A DNA stretch of 64,000 bases. Origin: Bacillota bacterium. GTDB taxonomy: Bacteria > Bacillota > Sulfobacillia > JAJZYS01 > JAJYTV01. The stretch spans positions 31,415 to 95,414 of the forward strand of contig JAJZQO010000001.1 in assembly GCA_021847575.1 (NCBI GenBank), given 5' to 3'. The notes below the pieces were generated by a model. It did not search any database. It had not been told where the DNA came from and saw only the letters and a list, made by a program, of their open reading frames with translations. The stretch's first letter is position 1, and the number at the start of each line of letters is the position of its first letter. The translations under genes were made by a program, and so were the position numbers. Shown piece by piece: positions 50,999-64,000 of the stretch.

Positions 50999-51597
50999 GT
51001 GCGCGGTTCCCCGAACCTGTCGCCAGGCTGATCGAGGAACTGGCCAAGCTGCCCGGCATCGGTCCGAAATCGGCCCAGCGCCTTGCCTACCATCTGCTCA
51101 ACCAGGACGAGGCCTCTATCAGACGCCTGGCGGACGCCTTAGTTGGCGCCAAGCAGCGCGTCGTGCGCTGTAACGTCTGCCAGAATATCGCCGACCGGGA
51201 TCCTTGCGAGATCTGCAGCGACACCCGCAGGGACAAGACCACGCTGCTGGTCGTGGAGGATGCGCGCGATGTCGTGGCCATCGAGCGCACGGCGGAGTAC
51301 AGGGGACTTTATCATGTGCTGGGCGGCACCATCTCGCCGATGGAGGGGATCGGGCCCGAACAGCTTCATGTGCGCGAACTGGTTGCGCGGCTCGGCCAGG
51401 AGCCGATCGCAGAGGTCATCCTCGCCACCGACCCTGATGTGGAGGGAGACGCTACAGCACTCTACATCGCACGCCTTGTGCGGCGTGATGACCTCAAAGT
51501 GACCAGGATCGCTCGGGGGCTTCCTGTCGGCGGCGATATCGACTTCGCGGACGAGGTGACGCTGGTCCGCGCCCTGGAGGGCAGACAGGCCTTCTGA
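50995..51597 (+). CDS. recR: Recombination protein RecR.
   Basis: ...[17 protein letters not shown]... (HhH), CxxC...CxxC zinc finger ([20 protein letters not shown]) and Toprim. The start overlaps the ybaB stop. Confidence 0.9.
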   Translation: MSARFPEPVARLIEELAKLPGIGPKSAQRLAYHLLNQDEASIRRLADALVGAKQRVVRCNVCQNIADRDPCEICSDTRRDKTTLLVVEDARDVVAIERTAEYRGLYHVLGGTISPMEGIGPEQLHVRELVARLGQEPIAEVILATDPDVEGDATALYIARLVRRDDLKVTRIARGLPVGGDIDFADEVTLVRALEGRQAF

Positions 51598-51700
51598 GCC
51601 CGCGCCGGGCGGGCGTTCACCGCTATGCACCGACCCATCCATTTGTTATCCTGCATCTGGTGTGCATTCGCGCGGCTCCGGTCACGAGGGGCTGCGCTTC

Positions 51701-53770
51701 ATGCAGAAGCCCGAGCAGAACGAAAGGGGGACAGCATCCGACCTTAACGTCGAGATGCGGCAAATGAGTTTCTCGCAGGTGTTGATTCCGGTCATCGCCG
51801 CGCTCATCGCAATCGTCTTCGGCATCTTCCTCATTTCGTCGGTGCTGCGCATGAGCGCGGGCAACGATCGCATGCAGCAGATCTCGAAGGCGATTCAGCA
51901 GGGCGCAATGGCTTACATGAACCGCCAGTACACCACGGTGGGCATCGTGGCGATCGTCCTGTTCCTCATCATTGGCTTCGCACTCGGTTTCCAGACCGGG
52001 ATCTACTTTCTGATCGGTGCCATTCTGTCCGGCGCGGCCGGGTACACGGGAATGAACGTGGCGGTGCGCGCCAATGTGCGCACGGCTGAAGCCGCTCGCC
52101 AGGGTCTAGGTGCCGCCCTGCGCGTCGCAACGCGCGGTGGCGCGGTCACGGGCCTCATGGTGGTGGGCCTCGGCCTTCTTGGTACCTCCATCCTTAGCCT
52201 CTTTGTGCATGATCCCGCAGCCCTCGTGGGTTACGGGTTCGGCGCGTCGCTGATCTCGGCGTTCGCCCGATTGGGCGGCGGTATCTACACCAAGGCGGCT
52301 GACGTCGGTGCCGACCTCGTCGGCAAGGTCGAGGCTGGCATCCCGGAGGATGACCCACGCAACCCGGCTGTTATCGCGGACAACGTCGGCGACAACGTCG
52401 GCGACTGCGCCGGCATGGCGGCTGACCTCTTCGAGACGTACGTCGTCACGACGGTCGCGACCATGCTGCTAGGCTACCTGCTGTTCAACGGCGCGTCGTA
52501 CGCCCTCGTCTACCCGCTCGTCCTGGGCGGCATTTCGATGGTCGCGTCGGTCATCGGCATCATCTTCGTCGGATCGCCGACCGAGGGTAGCCGGGTCATG
52601 AACGCCCTCTACCGCGGCGTCTGGGTGAACGCCATCCTGGCGCTGGTGGGCTTCTACTTCGCGACGACCTACTACTTGCATGACATCAAGTACTTTGTGG
52701 CCGCGATCATTGGTGTCGCGATCACGCTGATCCTGATGTACATCACAGACTACTACACCTCGGCACGGTTCAGCCCTGTCAAAGGTATCGCGGAGGCTTC
52801 GGTCACCGGTCACGCGACCAACATCATCTCGGGCTTCGCCGTCGCACTGAAGTCCACGGGCTGGCCGGTCATCGTGATCTCGATCGGCATCATCGCCGCC
52901 TACACCATCGCCGGCATCTACGGGGTGGGTGTCGCGGCCATGGCGCTCATCTCGATGGCAGGCATGATCGTCACCCTGGACTCCTTCGGCCCGATCACCG
53001 ACAACGCTGGCGGCATCGCGGAGATGGCCGACATGCCGGAGTCGGTGCGCAATGTCACCGACCCGCTGGACTCGGTGGGCAACACGACGAAGGCTGTTAC
53101 GAAGGGCTACGCGATTGGTTCGGCCGCGCTGGCGGCGCTCGTGCTCTTCTACTCCTTCACGCGAGTCCTCACCGACACGACCCACACCTCTATGCGCTTC
53201 GACCTCTCCAACCCGTTGGTCCTGATCGGGCTCTTTCTGGGCGGCATCTTGCCGTTCATCTTCTCGTCACGGACCATCGAGGCGGTTGGACGCGCGGCGT
53301 TCCACATTGTCGAGGAGGTTCGTCGCCAGTTCCGCGAGATCCCGGGTATCATGGAGGGCACGGCAATGCCGGACTACGCCCGCAGCGTCGACATCGTGAC
53401 GAAGGCTGCCCTGCACGAGATGATCGTGCCCGCGTTGATCCCGGTCCTCGCGCCGCTGTTGATCGGCTTCATCCTTGGCCCTGTCGCTCTCGGTGCCGCC
53501 CTGATCGGGTCGATCGTGACCGGCCTGATGCTGGCGATCATGATGACCGCCGGCGGTGGCGCCTGGGACAACGCGAAGAAGTACATCGAGGATGGCAACT
53601 TCGGGGGCAAGGGCACCCTGGCGCACCAGGCGTCGGTCACAGGGGACACGGTCGGCGACCCGTTCAAGGATACGGCAGGTCCGGCCATCAACCCGATGAT
53701 CAAGATCATCAACGTTGTTGCCCTTCTAATCGCGCCGTTGGTTGCAACCCACTTCCTGCTGCACCTCTAG
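51701..53770 (+). CDS. hppA: Membrane-bound K+/Na+/H+-translocating pyrophosphatase (V-PPase, HppA).
   Basis: ...[18 protein letters not shown]..., ...[19 protein letters not shown]..., ...[12 protein letters not shown]... ATG at 51701 follows GAGGGG; an alternative ATG lies at about 51763. Confidence 0.9.
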   Translation: MQKPEQNERGTASDLNVEMRQMSFSQVLIPVIAALIAIVFGIFLISSVLRMSAGNDRMQQISKAIQQGAMAYMNRQYTTVGIVAIVLFLIIGFALGFQTGIYFLIGAILSGAAGYTGMNVAVRANVRTAEAARQGLGAALRVATRGGAVTGLMVVGLGLLGTSILSLFVHDPAALVGYGFGASLISAFARLGGGIYTKAADVGADLVGKVEAGIPEDDPRNPAVIADNVGDNVGDCAGMAADLFETYVVTTVATMLLGYLLFNGASYALVYPLVLGGISMVASVIGIIFVGSPTEGSRVMNALYRGVWVNAILALVGFYFATTYYLHDIKYFVAAIIGVAITLILMYITDYYTSARFSPVKGIAEASVTGHATNIISGFAVALKSTGWPVIVISIGIIAAYTIAGIYGVGVAAMALISMAGMIVTLDSFGPITDNAGGIAEMADMPESVRNVTDPLDSVGNTTKAVTKGYAIGSAALAALVLFYSFTRVLTDTTHTSMRFDLSNPLVLIGLFLGGILPFIFSSRTIEAVGRAAFHIVEEVRRQFREIPGIMEGTAMPDYARSVDIVTKAALHEMIVPALIPVLAPLLIGFILGPVALGAALIGSIVTGLMLAIMMTAGGGAWDNAKKYIEDGNFGGKGTLAHQASVTGDTVGDPFKDTAGPAINPMIKIINVVALLIAPLVATHFLLHL

Positions 53771-53780
53771 GCGAAGGTGC

Positions 53781-53820
53781 AGGCGCCCGCACCGGTACAG
53801 CCGGGGCGGGCGCCTTGCTT
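53781..53820. terminator. Stem-loop (aggcgcccgc ... gcgggcgcct, 10 bp) followed by a T-rich tract, between the convergent hppA and SRPBCC genes.
   Basis: Inverted repeat read directly, immediately after the hppA stop at 53770. Confidence 0.45.
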
Positions 53821-53934
53821 GTATATGCCCGGCATGGGCGCGTGACCCCGATGGTGAGAGTCCAGCACCGGGGTTGCTGCCTCAACCGTTAGCCGAAGGA
53901 CAGGGCATCCACCCCTGTCGGGCAAGGCCCGCCT

Positions 53935-54432
53935 TCAGATGTAGCGCGGGGCGACGGCCGCGTAACGCGCGGACCACGCCGGGATAACGGTACCGTCCAA
54001 ATGTGCAGTCAGGCGATCGAGGTACGCATGGGTGCCGGGGACGAACCCCCTGGCGTCGTGCGGTTTCAGGCCGCTGTGACTGAAGGTCAGAACGGTCCCG
54101 TCGCCATCGGAGACGAGTTCGTAGCGCACCATGCTGGCGCTTACGATCGCCTGGTGCCATTCGTGCCCCAACACATGCGGCGGATCCCACACCACAATTC
54201 GGCCGCTCATGTGCTTTGCCGACGTGGGCACTGGAGGGTCGTCGGGGTCGGTTTCGATCATGCCACCTGCGCGGGGCTCGATCGTGGTTTGTCCGAACCA
54301 CCGAGCCCGGTGCTCCGGGTCCGTGATCGCCTGCCACACTCGCTCTATGGGGTGTGCCAGACGCCGCACGAAGATCAATGTGGCGACGTCATCCTCGATC
54401 CTTACGGTGCCCGTGTCGTCGAAGATCTGCAT
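53935..54432 (-). CDS. SRPBCC-superfamily (AHSA1/polyketide-cyclase-like) protein.
   Basis: 165 aa, ...RLAHPIERVWQAITDPEHRARWFG... The N-terminal beta-alpha pattern is typical of Aha1/SRPBCC. Confidence 0.5.
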   Translation of the reverse strand: MQIFDDTGTVRIEDDVATLIFVRRLAHPIERVWQAITDPEHRARWFGQTTIEPRAGGMIETDPDDPPVPTSAKHMSGRIVVWDPPHVLGHEWHQAIVSASMVRYELVSDGDGTVLTFSHSGLKPHDARGFVPGTHAYLDRLTAHLDGTVIPAWSARYAAVAPRYI

Positions 54433-54947
54433 CCGCTAGCTCACTTGCCTTTCTTAACCTGTGGATGGTCCATCGTAACCATGGTCCGGGGAGATGACAG
54501 AGAACCTACCCCGGCGGCTTTGAGACGCACTTCAATCATGCGTCCAAAGGGGCAGACCGGAGTAGCCCGTCAGATCGTCCGTGAAGGTGCCGGCATGAGA
54601 CCAAGCCCCCAGACGATCACGGGTCAACTCCCCGAGTCTTTCTGCCATGGCCCAAAGGTTCCTGTCGTGCCAGCCTTATCGAGCTCCAGCAAGAGAGCAG
54701 GTCGAAGCGTCTGCGTCGCTGCGTCGCAGGCGTTGACGTCTAAGCCGATCATGGTCCCCTGGCGAGGACTACCGTCGGGATAGCGGCCGGGCTCGGCGGG
54801 AGCCGCAAAGACATCCATGGTATATGGGACTCGGCATTTACCGCCAAGATGATATGCACTCATGCGGTGGCCACTGCCGCTGCCCAAGCAGGCCGCTCGT
54901 GTCTTACCCCTACGGCGTTGGGCAAAGATGGCGCCGGGTGATGCAAA

Positions 54948-55172
54948 GTGCATTGGACTTCGGTCTGGGAACTGGCTGCCGGCCATGCGGGAGTGGCCGG
55001 ACAGCAGGACGTGGAACTGTTCGACCTTGCGCAGGCAGCCAAGCGGGAACTGGAGGCGGCTCGGGCACAGTTCGAGGAAGTGCGCGATCCGGATCTTGTC
55101 GATCACGCAATCTTTCGCATGCAGGCCGCCGAACGCCACTACGTATACCTCCTGCGCGAAGCTGGACGCTGA
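54948..55172 (+). CDS. yaaL: YaaL / DUF2508-family small protein (sporulation-associated in Bacillus).
   Basis: C-terminal ...HAIFRMQAAERHYVYLLREAG matches the YaaL signature (...AEAKYFYLLKEA). 74 aa. Lies just upstream of bofA, as in Bacillus. Confidence 0.5.
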   Translation: MHWTSVWELAAGHAGVAGQQDVELFDLAQAAKRELEAARAQFEEVRDPDLVDHAIFRMQAAERHYVYLLREAGR

Positions 55173-55291
55173 CCGCACCCCCCCGAAGCGGGTATTGGGA
55201 ATGCCAGATCGGGGGACACGCCTGACCATCGGTAACTAGTCCTTCTTTCCTTGAGCGGCGAGTCATAGACTGCCGCAAGAGGTGATCCTGC

Positions 55292-55552
55292 ATGGCCGCC
55301 CTGTGGCCGTATGGTGCGGGCGTCGTCGGGGGGCTTGCCCTGCTCTACTGGATGCTGCCGGACGTCGCGCAGACAGTGCTAGTGATCGCAATGCGCCTGC
55401 TCGCCGGCGGCGCTGTGCTCTATGGGGCGGATCTGCTGATGAAGCCATACGGCTTCGCGATCGGGGTCAACCCCGTGACAGCCGGCGTCCTGGGCTTCCT
55501 TGGGGTACCCGGGGCCGCGGTGCTGCTCCTCTGGCACGGTCTCTACGGGTAA
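55292..55552 (+). CDS. bofA: Pro-sigma-K processing inhibitor BofA family membrane protein.
   Basis: 86 aa, two TM: ...LLAGGAVLYGADLLMKPYGFAIGVNPVTAGVLGFLGVPGAAVLLLW. AGAGGTGA RBS 6 nt upstream. Confidence 0.6.
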   Translation: MAALWPYGAGVVGGLALLYWMLPDVAQTVLVIAMRLLAGGAVLYGADLLMKPYGFAIGVNPVTAGVLGFLGVPGAAVLLLWHGLYG

Positions 55553-55646
55553 AGAGGCAGCTTCAGCATGCATACCGCTCGGCAGGGGGCAAGGACCTTC
55601 TGGGCGAAGCAGGTCGCCCATGCGAACTGCAAGCGGAGGGGACGCA

Positions 55647-56429
55647 ATGCTGGCGCCAGGTACGCTGAAAGGGCAGGTTGCCATCGTCACGGGTGGCGGT
55701 ACCGGCATCGGACTTGGCATCGCACGTGAGATCGGCCGACTCGGCGGGATCGTCGTGCTGGCGAGCAGGAATCGGGAACATCTCGCGTCTGCGGTGGAAG
55801 AGCTCAAGCGGGACGGTGTCGAGGCGGCTTTCCACGCCACGGACGTCCGTGATCCGGAGAATGTCGAAGAACTGGTCGCAAGCACGCTGGAGCGGTTCGG
55901 CCAGCTTGACATCCTTGTAAACAACGCAGCAGGGAACTTTATCGTCGACGCGGACAAGCTCTCGGTGAACGGCTTCAATGCGGTGGTAGGCATCGTGCTC
56001 CATGGCACGTTCCACTGCACGCGAGCGGCTGGGCTCGAGATGATTCGCAGCGGCCGCGGGGGCAAGATCCTGAACCTTGTCGCCGCTTACGCCTGGACTG
56101 GCGGTCCGAAGACGCTCCACTCGGCGGTGGCCAAGGCGGGTGTGGTTGCGATGACGCGAACACTGGCGGTCGAGTGGGCGCAGCATGGCATCCGCGTCAA
56201 TGCGCTCTGCCCGGGGCCCGTTGATACCGAAATGTCCCGGGCACAGCTCTGGGCTGCACCCGAGATCCGCGACCAACTGCTCCGCTCTGTGCCCGTAGGA
56301 CGCTTCGGCAGCGTCGAGGAGGTCGCGCAGGCGGCATCATATCTGGTCTCGCCTTATGCCGACTTTATCAACGGCGAGGTGCTGGTCATCGACGGTGGCG
56401 AGTGGCTGGGAAAGGGGTTTGCGGGCTAG
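55647..56429 (+). CDS. SDR-family oxidoreductase, 2,4-dienoyl-CoA-reductase-like.
   Basis: VAIVTGGGTGIGLGIA...LVNNAAGNFI... ATG at 55647 with a GGAGGGGA RBS; the track ORF is N-extended. 260 aa. Confidence 0.75.
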   Translation: MLAPGTLKGQVAIVTGGGTGIGLGIAREIGRLGGIVVLASRNREHLASAVEELKRDGVEAAFHATDVRDPENVEELVASTLERFGQLDILVNNAAGNFIVDADKLSVNGFNAVVGIVLHGTFHCTRAAGLEMIRSGRGGKILNLVAAYAWTGGPKTLHSAVAKAGVVAMTRTLAVEWAQHGIRVNALCPGPVDTEMSRAQLWAAPEIRDQLLRSVPVGRFGSVEEVAQAASYLVSPYADFINGEVLVIDGGEWLGKGFAG

Positions 56430-56483
56430 AAGTCGGGCTCGCCCCTGTTATGCGCAACCGACCCTTGCAACCTTGGAGGTGGT

Positions 56484-56717
56484 GTGGTGGACGTCGTCGT
56501 GGACTCGCGCTGGGTACAGGGCTTTCCTCCGCTCATGCCTCGGCAGGTGGAGAAGAAGCTGGAGTCGGCCGAACTCGCACTGGTTCGTGAAGCCGCCCGG
56601 GCGGGCGATCTGTATGTGCGTCTCGACAGCGCTGAGGGCGAGCGGATTCAGGTGGAGAACATCTGGTTCAACCCGCACGACCAGAGTCGCATCACATTCA
56701 TCCTGCGGAACCCCTGA
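56484..56717 (+). CDS. Hypothetical 77-aa protein.
   Basis: GGAGGTG RBS immediately upstream of a GTG. No family recognised. Confidence 0.3.
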   Translation: MVDVVVDSRWVQGFPPLMPRQVEKKLESAELALVREAARAGDLYVRLDSAEGERIQVENIWFNPHDQSRITFILRNP

Positions 56718-56845
56718 CTGCGTCCGCAGCGCCCTCTCGCCGGTTTTCATGTGGCATCGCCGGGCACCAGGAACCCGAAGCAGGCGATACCTTGTGCCGA
56801 ATTCGCAACGCGAGGTTGCATGCTCCTCGTGTTCGGCGGATGCCT

Positions 56846-56854
56846 TGTTATAAT
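56846..56854 (+). promoter_or_regulatory. Extended -10 element (tgtTATAAT) of the likely gltX promoter.
   Basis: TGnTATAAT read directly about 32 nt upstream of the gltX ATG. The -35 is weak. Confidence 0.4.
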
Positions 56855-56885
56855 GGAGAAAGTTTTCACACGTTGGAGGATGACG

Positions 56886-58337
56886 ATGTCCGCAGTTCGT
56901 ACCCGCTACGCTCCAAGCCCCACGGGGTACATGCATCTGGGCAACCTGCGCACGGGCCTCTACGCATACCTCACGGCCAAGAGGAAGGGTGGACAGTTCG
57001 TCCTGCGCATCGAGGACACCGACCAGGAGCGCAAGCGTGAGGGTGCGGTGCAGGCGATCTACGACACGCTTGCAAGGGTCGGCTTGCAGCACGACGAAGG
57101 TCCGGACGTGGGCGGCCCTTATGGGCCGTACGTCCAGAGCGAGAGGCTCGAGATCTACCACCGTTATGCCCAGGAGCTCATCGAACTTGGTGGGGCATAC
57201 CGCTGCTTCTGCACACCGGAGGAGAGCGAGGCGCAACGCGCGGAAGCCCGGCTTCATAAGCGGCCCTTCAAGGATATGAACTGCCGGTCTTTGACGGCGG
57301 ATGAGATTGCCGAGCGGATTGCGGCTGGCGTCCCGTCAGTTGTGCGCCAGCTCACGCCTCTGACGGGCAGCACGAGTTACGACGATGTGGTATTTGGCCA
57401 CATCTCTATTGACAACGCGGAACTCGACGACAGCGTCCTGCTCAAGTCCGATGGCTTTCCCACCTACAACTTCGCCAACGTAGTGGATGACCACCTTATG
57501 CGGATCACCCACGTGATGCGCGGAGCAGAGTACCTCTCGTCCACGCCGAAGTACATCCTCCTCTACGAGACCTTCGGGTGGGACATCCCCGTGCACATCC
57601 ACTTGCCGGCGATCAACAAATCGGCGACGGAGAAACTCAGCAAACGGCATGGTGACGCGTCGTTCGAGGACTATTACAACAAAGGGTACCTGCCGCAGGC
57701 GATCCTGAACTACGTGGCGCTGCTCGGCTGGGCACCGGGAAATGACGAGGAGTTCTTCACGCTCGAAGAGATGGTTCGGCGCTTCAGCCTCGAGGGACTT
57801 TCGAAATCACCGTCCATCTTCGATCCAGTCAAGATGCGCTGGATGAACGGCGAGTACCTCCGGCGGATGTCTGCCGAGGAGTTCCACCGTCTCGCTCTTG
57901 CCTGGTATCCGCAGGGTCTGCTTGAGGCGAGCGTGGACCTGCATGAACTTAGCCGTCTGCTGCAAAGCCGTATCGCGATTCTCTCGGAGATCCCCGAGCA
58001 GGTTGATTTCGTGCTGGCATTGCCTGACTACGACGTTGCGCTCTACACGCACAAGAAAATGAAGACGAATCCGGAGGTCGCTCGCCGTAGCCTGCAGGCC
58101 GCCCGTGAAAGAATAGCGGGGCTCGCACCCTTCGACCGCGCGAGTTTGCATGCGGCGCTCGAGTCCCTCGCGGGAGAGCTGGGCCTGAAGAATGGCCAGG
58201 TGATGTATCCGGTTCGCGTTGCGCTTTCGGGCAAGGAATTCACACCTGGCGGGGCAAGTGAACTCGCCGAACTGTTCGGACGTGACGAGGTCCTGCACAG
58301 GATTGATGTGGGCATCGGGAAGCTCGAGAACGCCTAG
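56886..58337 (+). CDS. gltX: Glutamyl-tRNA synthetase.
   Basis: ...RTRYAPSPTGYMHLGNLRT... (HIGH motif) and ...KLSKRHG... (KMSKS). 483 aa. GGAGGA RBS 6 nt upstream. Confidence 0.9.
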   Translation: MSAVRTRYAPSPTGYMHLGNLRTGLYAYLTAKRKGGQFVLRIEDTDQERKREGAVQAIYDTLARVGLQHDEGPDVGGPYGPYVQSERLEIYHRYAQELIELGGAYRCFCTPEESEAQRAEARLHKRPFKDMNCRSLTADEIAERIAAGVPSVVRQLTPLTGSTSYDDVVFGHISIDNAELDDSVLLKSDGFPTYNFANVVDDHLMRITHVMRGAEYLSSTPKYILLYETFGWDIPVHIHLPAINKSATEKLSKRHGDASFEDYYNKGYLPQAILNYVALLGWAPGNDEEFFTLEEMVRRFSLEGLSKSPSIFDPVKMRWMNGEYLRRMSAEEFHRLALAWYPQGLLEASVDLHELSRLLQSRIAILSEIPEQVDFVLALPDYDVALYTHKKMKTNPEVARRSLQAARERIAGLAPFDRASLHAALESLAGELGLKNGQVMYPVRVALSGKEFTPGGASELAELFGRDEVLHRIDVGIGKLENA

Positions 58338-58351
58338 CGCGGCGTGGCCAG

Positions 58352-58380
58352 GCCCAAACGCGATTTGGGCTTGCTTTTGC
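58352..58380 (+). terminator. Intrinsic terminator of gltX (gcccaaa cgcga tttgggc, then ttgcttttgc).
   Basis: Stem-loop plus T-tract 15 nt after the gltX stop. Confidence 0.55.
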
Positions 58381-58540
58381 GTTCAAAGGCCCTCCAGCCC
58401 ACCGGCACCGACCGTTTGACATATCCCCTGATGTCCTGGCCTTTTTGCCCGGCCGGGCCAAGCAGTTGCGGCCCTTCGAGGGCGCTCTGGAGCGGCTTTT
58501 CAGCGTATCGAACCTACCGGAGAGGCACCAAAAAACTCTG

Positions 58541-58569
58541 TTGCATGGGTCGTGGGCCGGTGCTATACT
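58541..58569 (+). promoter_or_regulatory. Sigma-70-type promoter for the tRNA-Gln/tRNA-Glu (and possibly rrn) transcript.
   Basis: TTGCAT, 17 nt, TATACT, ending 15 nt before tRNA-Gln. Confidence 0.5.
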
Positions 58570-58584
58570 CATTCGTGCTGACGG

Positions 58585-58658
58585 TGGGGAGTGGTGTAAC
58601 GGTAGCACTACAGACTCTGGCTCTGTCAGTGAGGGTTCGAATCCTTCCTCCCCAACCA
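58585..58658 (+). tRNA. tRNA-Gln (anticodon CTG).
   Basis: Acceptor tggggag/ctcccca (U1-A72). 3-bp D-stem gtg/cac. Anticodon arm acaga-ctCTGgc-tctgt. T-loop ttcgaat. CCA encoded. Confidence 0.8.
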
Positions 58659-58665
58659 GAGTTTC

Positions 58666-58741
58666 GGCCCAATCGTCTAGAGGCCTAGGACGCCGCGCTC
58701 TCAATGCGGTAACACCGGTTCGAATCCGGTTTGGGCCACCA
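58666..58741 (+). tRNA. tRNA-Glu (anticodon CTC).
   Basis: Acceptor ggcccaa/ttgggcc. D-arm gtc-tagaggcctag-gac (tRNA-Glu type). Anticodon arm ccgcg-ctCTCaa-tgcgg. CCA encoded. Lies 7 nt after tRNA-Gln. Confidence 0.8.
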
Positions 58742-58765
58742 AGTTGCGCTCCAGCAGCTTCCGGA

Positions 58766-58795
58766 TTGACGGAACGCTAACGGGGCGCATAAAAT
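58766..58795 (+). promoter_or_regulatory. rRNA operon promoter P1.
   Basis: TTGACG, 18 nt, TAAAAT. Confidence 0.5.
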
Positions 58796-58885
58796 CGGGC
58801 CTTGCGACGGACGCTCCGTGTTCCCCGAGCAAATGCCCAGAGGACTCGGAACCGATGCCGCGACCCGAACTCCAGGAACTGCCGC

Positions 58886-58914
58886 TTGACGGATAGTGAC
58901 TGGGCACATAGAAT
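58886..58914 (+). promoter_or_regulatory. rRNA operon promoter P2.
   Basis: TTGACG, 17 nt, TAGAAT, about 100 nt upstream of the 16S 5' end. Confidence 0.55.
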
Positions 58915-59012
58915 TAGGTCTTGCGACTGACGCACTCGGTCTTTGAAAACCGAACAGTAGGGAACTTGCGAGCGAACGTACAAAAAGTAAGAGCCTAGAG
59001 GCTCGAACCTGC

Positions 59013-60550
<1,538 letters not shown>

Positions 60551-60642
60551 TAACTCCCTTCGGGGAGACGACTCCTAGGTCGATCCTCGCATGTTCTCCC
60601 TACTGTTCGGTTTTGAGAGACCGAGTCTCTCGGTTGAGTTTG

Positions 60643-60719
<77 letters not shown>

Positions 60720-60727
60720 AAATGTGT

Positions 60728-60802
60728 GGGGATGTAGCTTAGTGGGAGAGCGCCTGCTTTGCAAGCAGGAGGTCGGCGGTTCGAATCCGCCCATCTCCAC
60801 CA
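60728..60802 (+). tRNA. tRNA-Ala (anticodon TGC) in the 16S-23S spacer.
   Basis: ggggatgtagcttagtgggagagc...ttTGCaa...ggttcgaatcc. CCA encoded. Confidence 0.9.
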
Positions 60803-60843
60803 TCTGCCCTTAGGGGCGCGAGGACGTTGACAACTGCAAACGA

Positions 60844-63822
<2,979 letters not shown>

Positions 63823-63860
63823 GTTTGCAGTTGTGAGCGCCCTCATAGGCACTCAGACCT

Positions 63861-63977
63861 TTCCGGTGGCCATAGCGGAGGTGCCCCACCCGTTCCCATC
63901 CCGAACACGGTAGTGAAAGCCTCCAGCGCCGAGGGTACTCGCTCCGAAAGGAGCCGGGAGAGTAGGTCGCCGCCGGG
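63861..63977 (+). rRNA. rrf: 5S ribosomal RNA.
   Basis: CCGGTGGCCATAGCGGAGG...CCGTTCCCATCCCGAACACGG...AGCGCCGAGGGTACT...GGGAGAGTAGGTCGCCGCC. Confidence 0.9.
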
Positions 63978-64000
63978 AAACCTTCAGCCCCCCGCACCAG

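Noticed and set aside
54624-55229. 201-aa minus-strand ORF.
   Set aside because: It overlaps the yaaL/DUF2508 ORF, which has a family-specific C-terminal motif and correct synteny next to bofA. Its translation is not protein-like.

Overview
This ~64 kb window is very GC-rich (roughly 68-70% by eye) and its coding segments are densely packed. Gene content and synteny point to a Gram-positive-type, endospore-forming lineage: dnaX-ybaB-recR ... yaaL-bofA ... gltX-tRNA-rRNA operon, with the 16S starting gacgaacgctggcggcgtgcctaa. High-GC Clostridia-like groups such as Symbiobacterium or Thermaerobacter would fit, but that is inference only.

Contents in order:
1. 1-5.4 kb: a minus-strand catabolic operon (acyl-CoA dehydrogenase, short-chain dehydrogenase, CrtI-like FAD oxidoreductase, HpaB/4-hydroxybutyryl-CoA-dehydratase-family flavoprotein, partial nitronate monooxygenase).
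2. 5.65-7.07 kb: a gene-poor stretch with a ~330 bp low-GC island.
3. 7.07-13.3 kb: D-aminoacylase, a TetR regulator, and the downstream module of lysine fermentation (kdd, an APC permease, kal, kce).
4. 13.3-15.1 kb: a decayed region holding a YitT-like membrane protein and a frameshifted ANT(3'')-like C-terminal fragment.
5. 15.1-16.0 kb: a nitrilase-superfamily hydrolase.
6. 16.9-22.2 kb: a compact heme-copper oxidase operon followed by an acyl-CoA dehydrogenase, a hemerythrin-like protein, an AhpD-like protein and OsmC.
7. 22.3-23.4 kb: a lipoprotein.
8. 23.9-28.0 kb: a Crp/Fnr regulator, a DUF59 protein, a divergent DUF2249 pair and two tandem paralogous polytopic membrane proteins. This is the candidate undescribed system.
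9. 28.2-35.2 kb: a c-di-GMP signalling block (EAL-GAF protein, a 1330-aa four-PAS hybrid histidine kinase, REC-GGDEF).
10. 35.4-41.1 kb: small proteins, LysR, a group II PLP decarboxylase, an L,D-transpeptidase and an ammonium transporter.
11. 41.3-45.8 kb: gltB, followed by a degenerate IS200-like tnpA remnant.
12. 46.6-59.0 kb: a SAM methyltransferase, tRNA-Arg, tadA, two tRNA-Ser, dnaX, ybaB, recR, V-type pyrophosphatase, an SRPBCC protein, yaaL, bofA, a DECR-like SDR, gltX, tRNA-Gln and tRNA-Glu.
13. 59.0-64.0 kb: a complete 16S-tRNAIle-tRNAAla-23S-5S operon.

No CRISPR array or classical defence genes were seen. All functional calls rest on motif recognition in the supplied translations; no database search was run.
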